DNA of 64,000 nt from an uncultured bacterium (GTDB taxonomy: Bacteria > Hydrothermota > UBA3073 > NMUJ01 > CBEVQO01): assembly GCA_965552055.1 (NCBI GenBank), contig CBEVQO010000002.1, positions 430,796 to 494,795 on the forward strand, read 5' to 3'. Positions within the stretch are counted from its first letter, which is position 1. Each line of letters opens with the position of its first letter. A program made the position numbers and the translations under genes. This document shows positions 30,635 through 40,103 of this stretch, one piece after another. Below the pieces are notes generated by a model. The model was not told the DNA's origin, did no database searches, and saw only the letters and a program-made list of their open reading frames with translations.

Positions 30635-30661
30635 TTTATAATCCATCTGTGAGGTTGTCAA
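30635..30661 (-). promoter_or_regulatory. promoter TTGACA-N15-TATAAA
   Basis: Upstream of SD GGAGGGG of the TonB receptor gene. Confidence 0.65.
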
Positions 30662-30696
30662 GCTAAATTTAATTTCAAATTTTTTTTAATTTCTAC

Positions 30697-30723
30697 TTGA
30701 CAATTTCAAAAATCGATTAATAT
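30697..30723 (+). promoter_or_regulatory. promoter TTGACA-N15-TAATAT
   Basis: 9 nt before ATG 30733. Confidence 0.65.
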
Positions 30724-30732
30724 AGTAATGCT

Positions 30733-31512
30733 ATGGATAAAAAATTTCCATTCCCAACTTCAACGGTAAACCAGTTGATAAATACCCTGGAGAATATTCC
30801 ACCTGAAGGTATTACTTCGGATGAGCTTTGTGAGAAGATGAAATGCACCAAAAAAGATTTAAGTAAAGTTATCCCCTTCTTAAGATATTTAAATCTCATT
30901 GATATTAAAGAAGGCAAAATAATTTTGACAGAAATTGGCAAGGAATTTTTAGATGCTCCCGAAAAAGATAGACCCAAAATTTTCAGGAAAGCGCTCTTAA
31001 ACAGTGTTTTTAAGGACCTTCTCAAATTACTTGATGGGAAAGAGTTTACCCTCTCCGAGCTTGCTCACTTCTTCAAAAACAAATTGAAAAGCAAAGGTAA
31101 CTTAGCGGTTTTAAAAGGTTATGCTGTGAAGCTCCAAACATGGCTCGATTATGCTGGTATCGCTACAAAAAAGAGAATAGGCAGAGAAGTAAAAAGATTT
31201 TTTAGTTTAAAAGAAAAGGAAGAAGAAGTTCCGAAGGAAGAGAAAGTAGAAGCAAAAGAGAAATTTGATAATAAATTTTTCTATGAACTGGGAAAATTGA
31301 TAGGCTATATTTATGCAAAGTCCGAGAAAGAACCTTTTTTATTGAGCCAGATTGATAAACTTGCTGAATTATCGAAGGAAATTGACAAAGAAGGTATAAT
31401 TGCTGAGTTACTCAATGTTCATAAAGAATTGTTTAAGGAGCTGCGGGAGCCTCGTATTTTCATTGCAGATATTCAATTGCTCGAAAAGAAAATACAAAGC
31501 TCTTTAAAATGA
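30733..31512 (+). CDS. Winged-helix-like hypothetical protein
   Basis: ITSDELCEKM...LRYLNLI...LTEIGKEF wHTH pattern; second WLDYAGI unit. Confidence 0.5.
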   Translation: MDKKFPFPTSTVNQLINTLENIPPEGITSDELCEKMKCTKKDLSKVIPFLRYLNLIDIKEGKIILTEIGKEFLDAPEKDRPKIFRKALLNSVFKDLLKLLDGKEFTLSELAHFFKNKLKSKGNLAVLKGYAVKLQTWLDYAGIATKKRIGREVKRFFSLKEKEEEVPKEEKVEAKEKFDNKFFYELGKLIGYIYAKSEKEPFLLSQIDKLAELSKEIDKEGIIAELLNVHKELFKELREPRIFIADIQLLEKKIQSSLK

Positions 31513-31517
31513 AAATT

Positions 31518-31646
31518 GGGGACCTTCGGTGCCCATACCGTGGGGGACACACCCGAACCCATTCCGAATTCGGTCGTTAAGCCCCACAGGGCCGATGGTA
31601 CTGCACCCGCAAGGGTGTGGGAGAGTAGGTCGGTGCCGGGGGTCCC
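31518..31646 (+). rRNA. rrf: 5S rRNA (orphan)
   Basis: CACCCGAACCCATTCCGAA, GCCGATGGTACTG, GGGAGAGTAGGTCG; terminal helix GGGACCTTCGG/CCGGGGGTCCC. Confidence 0.95.
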
Positions 31647-31655
31647 TTCACTCAA

Positions 31656-32861
31656 ATGAATAAGAATTTTAAATTATCAGAAAGAGCAAAAAAAATACCC
31701 GCTTCTCCGATAAGAAAACTATTGCCTTATGCAGATGAAGCTAAAAAGAGAGGAATAAAAGTATATCATCTGAATATCGGACAGCCAGATATCCCGACTC
31801 CAGATGTATTCTTCAAAGCAATAAAAGAAACGAAAGAAAAAGTGATAGCTTATGGACCATCTCAGGGATTACCCATCTTACGGGAAGCAATTGCTGAATA
31901 TCTAAGAAAGAATAGCATAAATGCAGAGCCTGATGATGTTTTCATAACAATAGGCGGTAGCGAAGCAATTCTTTTCTCTTATCTCCTGACATGTGATAAG
32001 GATGACGAAGTTCTGATACCCGAACCCTGCTATGCAAATTATATAAGCATTGGTGCAATGTGCGAGATTAAACTCATACCAATAAGGACAACAGTAGAAA
32101 CAGGCTTCCATTTGCCACCCGCTGAAGAAATTAAAAAACTTGTAACGAAAAAGACAAAGGCAATAGTGCTAATATCTCCAAACAATCCCACGGGTACCGT
32201 CTATTCCGAAAATGAATTAAGGGAAATTGTCAAAGTAGCAAGAGAATTTAACCTTTGTATAATTTCCGATGAAGTTTATAGAGAATTTACCTTTGATAAC
32301 ATTCATCATACGAGTATCTTTCACATAAAAGAAGCAGAGGATATTTCGATAATGATTGATAGCATTTCCAAGCGCTTCAGTGCATGTGGTGCAAGGATAG
32401 GTTTTATCTTTACGAAAAATGAGAAATTCAAAGAGGCATTGTGGAGGATACCGCAGGCAAGATTGTGTCCCCCTACTCTTGAGCAATATGGGGCAACCGC
32501 CTGTTTTAAAGAATTTCAAAAAATAGTCCCAAGGATAAAAGAAGAATTCGAAAGAAGGAGAAATGTAGTTTATGAGGAGATTTTAAAAACAGATGGCTTA
32601 TTTACCCAGAAACCCGAAGGCGCTTTTTACACAGTTGTAAGATTACCCGTAGATGATGCCGAGGATTTTGTAAAATTTATGCTAACAGATTTTAATGTCA
32701 ATGGCAAAACAGTAATGCTTGCACCGGCAAACGGCTTCTATGTGTCTAACCGTGGTAAAAACGAAGCAAGAATAGCCTATGTTCTTGAAGAAGAAAAATT
32801 AAGAGAAGCGATGCAAATTTTGAGAGAAGGATTAAAAAAATACAGGCTCAAGACTCAATAA
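31656..32861 (+). CDS. PLP-dependent class I/II aminotransferase (AspAT-like)
   Basis: LNIGQPD; PNNPTG; SDEVY; SISKRFSACGARIG; PEGAFY. Confidence 0.9.
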   Translation: MNKNFKLSERAKKIPASPIRKLLPYADEAKKRGIKVYHLNIGQPDIPTPDVFFKAIKETKEKVIAYGPSQGLPILREAIAEYLRKNSINAEPDDVFITIGGSEAILFSYLLTCDKDDEVLIPEPCYANYISIGAMCEIKLIPIRTTVETGFHLPPAEEIKKLVTKKTKAIVLISPNNPTGTVYSENELREIVKVAREFNLCIISDEVYREFTFDNIHHTSIFHIKEAEDISIMIDSISKRFSACGARIGFIFTKNEKFKEALWRIPQARLCPPTLEQYGATACFKEFQKIVPRIKEEFERRRNVVYEEILKTDGLFTQKPEGAFYTVVRLPVDDAEDFVKFMLTDFNVNGKTVMLAPANGFYVSNRGKNEARIAYVLEEEKLREAMQILREGLKKYRLKTQ

Positions 32862-33923
32862 AATATTTTTTATCCTCTCAGCCGATTTGCCATCCCACAA
32901 ATAATATCCCTTTGTCTTTTTAACTTTTCCTCTTAAAATTTTATCCACCTCTTTTTTTAACTTCTCTGTTGTCTTGCACAAAGTATTTGTCCCCAATCTT
33001 ATGGTTATCGGGCGTTCTGTGTTGCGACGCAGAGTTAGACACGGTACATCGAGAAACATCGTCTCTTCCTGTACGCCACCCGAATCTGTAATAACAAACA
33101 GGGCATTCATTTCAAGATTTAAAAAATCAATATAACCCACAGGCTCTATTACATATATATTTTTTAATAAAGAAGAAAGACCAAAACTTTTGATATTTTT
33201 CGAAGTCCTCGGATGAATCGGGAAAACTATCTTTACTTTCCTTGCGATTTCATTTAATGTTTTTAAAATTTTTTCTAATTTCTCTCTATCATCAACATTC
33301 TCCGGGCGATGTAATGTCAAAAGGCAATATTCTTTTTCTTTTAAACCTAATTTTTGTAAAATTTCCGATTTTTTTATTTTTTCAAAGTTCTCAATTAAAG
33401 TATCGATCATGACATTACCAACCAGAAATATTTTTTCTTTCGGGATTCCTTCTCTTAACAAATTTTTATCGGCTTCTGGTGAATGGGTAAAAAGTAATTG
33501 TGATATTGAGTCTGTCAATTTTCTGTTTATTTCTTCTGGCATTTTATCGTCAAAAGACCTGAGCCCAGCTTCTACATGGCAGACGGGAATATGGAGTTTC
33601 ACAGCTGTGAGTGCAGCAGCAAGAGTAGAATTTACATCACCCACAACCATCACCCAATCGGGTTTTTCCTTAAAAAGTATTTTCTCAAATTCTATCATGA
33701 CCTTACCTTTTTGCTCTGCATGAGTACCTGAGCCTACTCCAAGATAAAAATGAGGTTCAGGAATTTCAAGGTCTTCGAAAAATTTTTTCGACATATTGAA
33801 ATCATAATGCTGACCTGTATGACATATTAAAAAATTGACCCCCTCTTTGTGCTTAAATTGATTGTAAATAGGTGCGATTTTCATAAAGTTGGGACGAGCA
33901 CCAACTACTCCTATTATTTTCAT
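32832..33923 (-). CDS. wecB: UDP-GlcNAc 2-epimerase (non-hydrolysing)
   Basis: GARPNFMK; HTGQHYD; HVEAGLRS; PEEINR; TDSGGVQEE. Confidence 0.95.
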   Translation of the reverse strand: MKIIGVVGARPNFMKIAPIYNQFKHKEGVNFLICHTGQHYDFNMSKKFFEDLEIPEPHFYLGVGSGTHAEQKGKVMIEFEKILFKEKPDWVMVVGDVNSTLAAALTAVKLHIPVCHVEAGLRSFDDKMPEEINRKLTDSISQLLFTHSPEADKNLLREGIPKEKIFLVGNVMIDTLIENFEKIKKSEILQKLGLKEKEYCLLTLHRPENVDDREKLEKILKTLNEIARKVKIVFPIHPRTSKNIKSFGLSSLLKNIYVIEPVGYIDFLNLEMNALFVITDSGGVQEETMFLDVPCLTLRRNTERPITIRLGTNTLCKTTEKLKKEVDKILRGKVKKTKGYYLWDGKSAERIKNILLSLEPVFF

Positions 33924-33929
33924 CGTGGG

Positions 33930-34002
33930 AGGCGCCGGGCGGATTCGAACCGCCGCATAGTGGTTTTGCAGACCACCCCCTTAACCCCTTGGGTACGGCG
34001 CC
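33930..34002 (-). tRNA. tRNA-Cys(GCA)
   Basis: Cloverleaf; anticodon arm GTGGT-CTGCAAA-ACCAC; GGTTCGAATCC; no encoded CCA. Confidence 0.95.
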
Positions 34003-34003
34003 G

Positions 34004-34075
34004 AGCGGAAGACGGGATTCGAACCCGCGACCTCCTGCATGGCAAGCAGGCGCTCTACCGCTGAGCTACTTCCGC
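34004..34075 (-). tRNA. tRNA-Gly(GCC)
   Basis: GCGGAAG acceptor; CCTGC-TTGCCAT-GCAGG; GGTTCGAATCC. Confidence 0.95.
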
Positions 34076-34083
34076 CCTAATAT

Positions 34084-34110
34084 ATTATATCCAAAATCTT
34101 AAATTGTCAA
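34084..34110 (-). promoter_or_regulatory. promoter TTGACA-N15-TATAAT
   Basis: Perfect hexamers 8 nt upstream of tRNA-Gly. Confidence 0.75.
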
Positions 34111-34119
34111 GCTTAATTT

Positions 34120-35583
34120 TCATAAGAAATAATTTAAAAATAAACATTCTGTTAACTCATCTCCCATTTTTTCACCCATTCTCTCGGCAACAAGATAATA
34201 TCTCAACGCAGGTTCATAATACCCCTCTTTATAGAAAAGGTCTCCTATCATTCTCAACAATTTACCAGACCCCCTCTTTTCTGCAGCTATCACAAGAAAA
34301 TCAACACTAAAAAGCGGTACCCCATCCGCACCTGCAATGGATAAACTCTCACGAGTGTGCGGAAACAAATTCGATAAAAACAACCAAAAAGAAACTTCAT
34401 CCTCAAATTTATTACCAGTCAAACTCTCAAAATACTCTTTCACATATTTAAATCCCTTTTCTTTGTACTTAACAAATCCCAACAAAAAATCTATTTCGAA
34501 AGTCCTTTTTTCCGATTTCGCCATCGATAAATATAATTTTGCACTGTTTATATTACCCATCGCCAAATTTATTATTCCACACCATTTTAAATTTTCATAT
34601 CTTCTTTCTTTTAAACTTTTTTGCACTGCATCCAGCGCCATCTTTAACAAAACTTCTCTTTCTGCCACTTTACGCAACGCAGCAAAATAATATGCTTTAC
34701 ACAAATTTAAATAAACATCCTCTTTTTCTTCAATAGCTTTAATATCTTCTTTTTCAATTATTTCACGCATCTTCTTTCCCCTTTCCTCAAAGGTATGTTC
34801 TTTATGCGTCCGCAGATAGCCCATTTCTGCTATTTCTTTCCTTTCTTTATCATTTTCAAGATAATAAGAAATCAAATCCAAAAAATTTTTGGGATTAAAA
34901 ACGATTATTTCTTTTTTATCTTCAAAAATATCTTCAAGTCCATCTAATTTTTCTGTAAGTAAAAGTGCCTTACTGCCTGTTGCTTCAAACACTCTAAAAT
35001 TTAACTCATTCAAAATCGCTTCGTTTATCACAATTTTCGACTGATTGTAAATTTTTCCAAGTGTATCCCAATCAATCCTTTCTTTATCATCGGTACCAAA
35101 TAACTTTATCTCAAATTTTTCTGCAATTCTTTGTAATAATTTTTTCCTTTTCAATCTATAGAAATTTACCTTTCCACAAAAACTTATATCGTAAATCTTT
35201 GGCAATCCATAATCTTTAAAAAATTTAGTTTCTGTTCCCCAGGGTATCCAGAAAGAATTTAATCCTTCTCTCCTACCCTTTTCTGCAAAGGATTTCTGAG
35301 TAAAAAACACCACATCGAATGATTTCCCGTAGTATTTATGCCAGATATAATTGAGATGTACATCAATCCCATAAAATACTTTTTTAACGGGTATTTTCTC
35401 AAAATTTAAAGGAAATTTTCTCTTTCCAAGTTCTTCTGCAATAAAAACTATGTTGAATTTTTTATCGGAATTTTCCCATATTTTCGACAAATCCGGATTT
35501 TTACCAGAAACATAAAAAACATCACACCCTGCATATTTTAACATCTGACCCACATAATAGTTACCGCAAAATAGAATTTTCAC
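34120..35583 (-). CDS. CgeB/Glyco_trans_1_2-type glycosyltransferase with helical C-terminus
   Basis: YDISFCG; YNQSKIVIN; NFRVFEATG; YYLEND.ER.EIA; HTF. Confidence 0.75.
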   Translation of the reverse strand: MKILFCGNYYVGQMLKYAGCDVFYVSGKNPDLSKIWENSDKKFNIVFIAEELGKRKFPLNFEKIPVKKVFYGIDVHLNYIWHKYYGKSFDVVFFTQKSFAEKGRREGLNSFWIPWGTETKFFKDYGLPKIYDISFCGKVNFYRLKRKKLLQRIAEKFEIKLFGTDDKERIDWDTLGKIYNQSKIVINEAILNELNFRVFEATGSKALLLTEKLDGLEDIFEDKKEIIVFNPKNFLDLISYYLENDKERKEIAEMGYLRTHKEHTFEERGKKMREIIEKEDIKAIEEKEDVYLNLCKAYYFAALRKVAEREVLLKMALDAVQKSLKERRYENLKWCGIINLAMGNINSAKLYLSMAKSEKRTFEIDFLLGFVKYKEKGFKYVKEYFESLTGNKFEDEVSFWLFLSNLFPHTRESLSIAGADGVPLFSVDFLVIAAEKRGSGKLLRMIGDLFYKEGYYEPALRYYLVAERMGEKMGDELTECLFLNYFL

Positions 35584-35611
35584 ATAGAGTTTAAAGCAAA
35601 ATATATATCAA

Positions 35612-36970
35612 CTAAATATTTTCCGGCAGCTTAATTATGCCTTCTTTCATCATCAGGTGTATTTCTTCGCGTGCTCTTTTTATCCTCTCTTCTGCCATTT
35701 TTCTTAATTCTTCTTCTGTTCTCTTTATCCTTGCTACTCCCTGTTCTATTGCTTTCATTCCGCAAGCCACTGCTTCATCAACAAAAACTTCCCATTCATC
35801 CATCCGCGGTATGATATAATCTTCGCTTAAACCTTTTTTCTCTGCACTTTTTGCAAGCGATTCTGCAGCCGCTATGCACATCTCATCGGTTATCGTTCTT
35901 GCCCATACATCGAGCACTCCTCTGAAAATACCGGGGAATCCCAGGGAATTATTAATCTGATTTGGAAAATCAGACCTTCCTGTTGCAACTATTCTGGCAC
36001 CTGCTTCTTTTGCTTCCCATGGCCATATTTCGGGAATCGGGTTCGCTTCCGTAAATACTATGGGCTCTTTCGCCATCATTTCAATCCATTCCTTTTTAAT
36101 GGTACCTGGACCCGGCTTTGAAGCAGCTATCAATACATCTGCTCCTTTCATCGCCTCTGGTATGCCACCTGTTCTGCCTTCGGCATTCGTATGCGTGCAA
36201 ACCCACCATTTCTCTTTGAATTGTTCTTTTTTCTCCTCAATGTCTTTCCTACCCGGATGTAAAATTCCTTTTGAATCGCACATTATTACATTTTCGGGTT
36301 TAACCCCTGCTTTTATTATCACGCGTAAAATACAAATATTTGCTGCTCCAGCTCCCACCATTGCTACTTTTATCTTATCAAGAGGTTTACCCACAATTTT
36401 ACATGCGTTTATCAGACCTGCACAGGTTATGGCAGCTGTCCCCTGCTGGTCATCATGCCATACAGGTATTTCCATCTCATTTCTTAGCCTCTCAAGAATA
36501 TAAAAACATTTCGGTTGCGCTATATCTTCCAAGTTTATTCCACCAAATGTAGGCTCCAGTGCTTTTACTATCTCGCAGAACTTATCCGGGTCTTTTTCTC
36601 TTATACAAATCGGAAATGCATCCACTCCTCCCAGATATTTAAAAAGTAACGCTTTTCCTTCCATTACAGGCAAAGCAGCTTCCGGACCTATATCACCCAG
36701 ACCGAGTACCCTTGTTCCATCTGAAACAACTGCAACGAAGTTCGCTTTGTTGGTATATTCAAAAACCTTCTCAAAATGCTCCTTTATATCTTTACAGGGT
36801 TCCGCTACTCCAGGAGTATACCATATTGCAAAATCATCGAATCCTCTGATACAACATTTCGCAGTCACTTCAATTTTACCCTGATAGAATGGGTGCAGCT
36901 TTAATGCATCCTGTCCCGGTTTCTTAGCCTTTGCAAGCAACTCCTCAACTGTATATTTTTTCTCCATCAC
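35612..36970 (-). CDS. NAD(P)-dependent malic enzyme
   Basis: YTPGVA; GLGDIGPEA; NLEDI; HDDQQGTA; GAGAA; TGRSDFPNQINN. Confidence 0.93.
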   Translation of the reverse strand: MMEKKYTVEELLAKAKKPGQDALKLHPFYQGKIEVTAKCCIRGFDDFAIWYTPGVAEPCKDIKEHFEKVFEYTNKANFVAVVSDGTRVLGLGDIGPEAALPVMEGKALLFKYLGGVDAFPICIREKDPDKFCEIVKALEPTFGGINLEDIAQPKCFYILERLRNEMEIPVWHDDQQGTAAITCAGLINACKIVGKPLDKIKVAMVGAGAANICILRVIIKAGVKPENVIMCDSKGILHPGRKDIEEKKEQFKEKWWVCTHTNAEGRTGGIPEAMKGADVLIAASKPGPGTIKKEWIEMMAKEPIVFTEANPIPEIWPWEAKEAGARIVATGRSDFPNQINNSLGFPGIFRGVLDVWARTITDEMCIAAAESLAKSAEKKGLSEDYIIPRMDEWEVFVDEAVACGMKAIEQGVARIKRTEEELRKMAEERIKRAREEIHLMMKEGIIKLPENI

Positions 36971-36990
36971 CCCCTCCTTAAATTACTTTT

Positions 36991-37017
36991 AATTTAAGCC
37001 ATATACCAGTTTGTCAA
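36991..37017 (-). promoter_or_regulatory. promoter TTGACA-N15-TAAATT
   Basis: Upstream of SD AAGGAGG of the malic enzyme gene. Confidence 0.7.
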
Positions 37018-37026
37018 TATATTTTC

Positions 37027-37053
37027 TTGACAAATATAAATTTTCATTAAAAT
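37027..37053 (+). promoter_or_regulatory. promoter TTGACA-N15-TAAAAT
   Basis: -10 lies 5 nt before ATG 37059. Confidence 0.7.
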
Positions 37054-37058
37054 CGCAG

Positions 37059-37559
37059 ATGATAGTTTTTTTAATATTTTTTGATACTTTAACCTTTAAA
37101 AGCTACTTAAAAACAGCAGATTCTCTTTTTATCTTCAAAAATTACTCTCTGTCAATTCTCTATTATAGAAAAGCGCTCGAAATAGACAGCACTTCACCTA
37201 TTGCTCACAACAACCTCGGATTGGCTTATAAGGAGAAAAAATATTTATCTCTTGCCGAAAAAGAATTTAAAAAAGCAATAAAATTCGCACCCCTTTTTTA
37301 CAAAGCTTATATAAATCTTGGAAATCTATATTTTGAGCGAAAAAGATTTTCCGATGCTGAAAGTTGTTATAAAATGGCAGAACGTTTAAAACCCAATTTC
37401 CCTGACCTTCACTGGAATTTCGCTTTATTTTATGAAGCAAAAGGCGACACCATGCTCGCTGTAAGACACTGGAGGAAATACATTTATTTAAAAAGAGAAG
37501 ATTTCGATGCATCCGTTAAATTCGCAGAAGATAGAATCAAAAAATTGCTAAAAAAATGA
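37059..37559 (+). CDS. TPR-repeat protein
   Basis: AHNNLGLAY; AYINLGNLY; HWNFA; start moved to the ATG after the promoter. Confidence 0.8.
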   Translation: MIVFLIFFDTLTFKSYLKTADSLFIFKNYSLSILYYRKALEIDSTSPIAHNNLGLAYKEKKYLSLAEKEFKKAIKFAPLFYKAYINLGNLYFERKRFSDAESCYKMAERLKPNFPDLHWNFALFYEAKGDTMLAVRHWRKYIYLKREDFDASVKFAEDRIKKLLKK

Positions 37560-38455
37560 TTTTTTTATTATTTTCTTTGAAATATTTATTTGCAGATACA
37601 AAGGATGCAAAATACTGGAAATTCAACAAAAGTTTGCGATGGCAAAAAGCAGAAATTATCGAAGTTCATAAAAACTATTCAGAAATAAAAAAAGCAGAGT
37701 TAAAATATTTCTTTTGCAAAAAGGTTGAAAATGGTGAAATAAAAAATAATAAAAAAATTTGTTATCTTATCGCGTATCATAGGTTTACCGATTTTCCTTT
37801 AAACGATTATGAAACGACGCCCTATCATTTTTATCGTCATATTGATTTTTTTGAAAAAAGGGGCTTTGAAATAATACCCTTAAAATGGCTCATCGATGCA
37901 CTTTATACTGGTAGGGACGACTTCCTGCCCGATACTTCAGTTGTTATAACAATCGACGATGGATATAGATGTTTTTTCAAAATTTACGATTTTGTAAAGA
38001 AAAGAGAAATTCCTCTTACTCATTTCATTTATATAAATTTTGTGGAAGCACCAGGGGGCTTTAATTGGGATGAACTACGAAAATTAGCAAAAGAAGGTTT
38101 TGACATTCAATCACATACAATCTCACATCCCGACTTAACAGAAATAAATAATAATAGATTGCGAATAGAATTAGAATTATCGAAAAAATGGCTCGAAGAT
38201 GAACTTGGTGTAAACATTTATGCAATTGCCTATCCTTATGGTGCAGTTAATCAAAGGGTGGAAAGAGAAGCGATTCTCGCAGGATACTGGGCTGGTGTAA
38301 CGATATATTGGGGATATAACGACCTCAGGGTAAATCCAATGAGACTACGGCGCTTAGAAATCTTCTCACACGACACTCCTCAAATATTATCACAGAAATT
38401 GCTCCAATCAAATAATTATATGCGTGAATATTACCGCAATAAATGGACATTTTAA
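37556..38455 (+). CDS. Polysaccharide deacetylase (CE4/NodB-like)
   Basis: YHR; ITIDDGY; SHTISHPDL; AYPYG. Confidence 0.85.
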   Translation: MIFLLFSLKYLFADTKDAKYWKFNKSLRWQKAEIIEVHKNYSEIKKAELKYFFCKKVENGEIKNNKKICYLIAYHRFTDFPLNDYETTPYHFYRHIDFFEKRGFEIIPLKWLIDALYTGRDDFLPDTSVVITIDDGYRCFFKIYDFVKKREIPLTHFIYINFVEAPGGFNWDELRKLAKEGFDIQSHTISHPDLTEINNNRLRIELELSKKWLEDELGVNIYAIAYPYGAVNQRVEREAILAGYWAGVTIYWGYNDLRVNPMRLRRLEIFSHDTPQILSQKLLQSNNYMREYYRNKWTF

Positions 38456-38473
38456 ATTATGAATAAATTTTTA

Positions 38474-38500
38474 TTGACAAACTGATATTTTACTTAAAAT
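38474..38500 (+). promoter_or_regulatory. promoter TTGACA-N15-TAAAAT
   Basis: -10 lies 5 nt before ATG 38506. Confidence 0.7.
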
Positions 38501-38505
38501 TGGGG

Positions 38506-39510
38506 ATGTATGTAAGTGTTTCGCCTCATATAAGATGGCGTAAGACGACTTCAAGGATAATGTGGCTTGTGGTTATTGCTCTTTTACCTGCTTTTGCGGG
38601 TTCTATCTATTTCTTCGGTTTAAGAGCCCTTTATTTAACACTTATTGCCTGTGCTTCTGCACAATTTTCTGAATGGCTTTGTTTATGGGTTCGTCGTAAA
38701 AAAATAACATTTGATGGAAGTGCTATTCTAACCGGCATCCTGTTAGCATTCAACATACCTCCTAAATCTCCATGGTGGTTGCCTGCTGTTGGCTCTGCTT
38801 TCGCCATAATAATAGCAAAACAATTATTCGGAGGACTGGGGTTTAACATTTTGAACCCAGCACTCGCAGGAAGAGCTTTTCTAATGGCATCATGGCCACT
38901 TATTATGACAAAAGAATGGATGACACCTTTGAGACCCGCTGGAAGCACAATGAGTGGCTTACCACAAATGCAAATCTCACCCAAATATACTCAAATAATA
39001 ACATCAGCAACTCCCTTAAAGGTTTTAAAATTACATTCGAATATCCCTGCAATTGCCAAAAATTTAAATTCATTGAACACAATAAAAGCACTTTTCATCG
39101 GAAATGTAGGTGGCTCACTTGGTGAGACATCTGCACTGCTATTACTGATAGGGGGGCTATTTTTGATTTTCACAAAGATAATCGACTGGAGAATACCCCT
39201 TGGATATATTGGCACGGTGTTCGGTTTTACAGGAATTTTATATCTTACAGGAGTAACAAAAGCTACTCCTCTTTTTCACATTCTTTCTGGTGGTTTATTT
39301 TTGGGTGCATTCTTTATGGCAACTGATTATGTAACATCTCCTGTTACCAAGAAAGGCAGATGGCTTTTCGCAATAGGATGCGGTATCATTACGGTTATCA
39401 TAAGGTTATGGGGAGGTTATCCCGAGGGTGTGTGTTATTCTATTCTTTTGATGAATTGCGTTACTCCTTTGCTTGATAGGTCAACCCGTCCTCGTCGCTT
39501 TGGAACATAG
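38506..39510 (+). CDS. rnfD: Rnf complex subunit D
   Basis: SPH; KQLFGGLG.N.LNPA; SATPL FMN site; GETS; MATDYVTSP; YPEG. Confidence 0.93.
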   Translation: MYVSVSPHIRWRKTTSRIMWLVVIALLPAFAGSIYFFGLRALYLTLIACASAQFSEWLCLWVRRKKITFDGSAILTGILLAFNIPPKSPWWLPAVGSAFAIIIAKQLFGGLGFNILNPALAGRAFLMASWPLIMTKEWMTPLRPAGSTMSGLPQMQISPKYTQIITSATPLKVLKLHSNIPAIAKNLNSLNTIKALFIGNVGGSLGETSALLLLIGGLFLIFTKIIDWRIPLGYIGTVFGFTGILYLTGVTKATPLFHILSGGLFLGAFFMATDYVTSPVTKKGRWLFAIGCGIITVIIRLWGGYPEGVCYSILLMNCVTPLLDRSTRPRRFGT

Positions 39511-39518
39511 GAGGGGGT

Positions 39519-40100
39519 ATGCAGAGACAGATGATATTAAGTTTAACAATTGTATGCGTTGTATCCTCATTATTACTTGCAGTTGTCTATAAAATAACGA
39601 ATCCCAAAATTCAGGAAGATATAAGAAAAAAGACATTGCAAAATTTAAAAGAAGTTTTTCCGGATACTTTGAGGTATGATGATAAGGTTATAGTTTTCAA
39701 ATCGCCTTTAAGTTTTAAAGAAATTGTTCGGGATAGTGTGTGGGCGGTTTATGACGCTGATGGCATGAAAGTGGGTATTGTTTTCCGATATGCGAAGCGT
39801 GGCTATGGCGGTCCTGTTCCTATTCTTTGTGGTCTGACACTTGATACCGTGGTTACGGGGGTGCGTCCTGCATTACCTGTTGAGGGCTTAAAAGAAACAC
39901 CTGGTCTTGGCACAAAAATTTTAGAACCATGGTTCAAAAATCAATTCATAGGTAGAAAAGGAAAAGAAGTGAGATTAAAGCGTGATGGTGGTAAAATTGA
40001 TGCTATAACAGGTGCAACCATATCTTCGAGAGCAGTAGCTGACGGAGTTTTTGAAGGAATTGAGAAATACAAAAAATATTTAAGTAATGAAAAGCAGTAA
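39519..40100 (+). CDS. rnfG: Rnf complex subunit G
   Basis: GYGG; ETPGLG; DAITGATISS FMN site. Confidence 0.9.
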   Translation: MQRQMILSLTIVCVVSSLLLAVVYKITNPKIQEDIRKKTLQNLKEVFPDTLRYDDKVIVFKSPLSFKEIVRDSVWAVYDADGMKVGIVFRYAKRGYGGPVPILCGLTLDTVVTGVRPALPVEGLKETPGLGTKILEPWFKNQFIGRKGKEVRLKRDGGKIDAITGATISSRAVADGVFEGIEKYKKYLSNEKQ

Positions 40101-40103
40101 GTT

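Noticed and set aside
31473..31655. 60-aa minus-strand ORF
   Set aside because: Antisense shadow of the 5S rRNA
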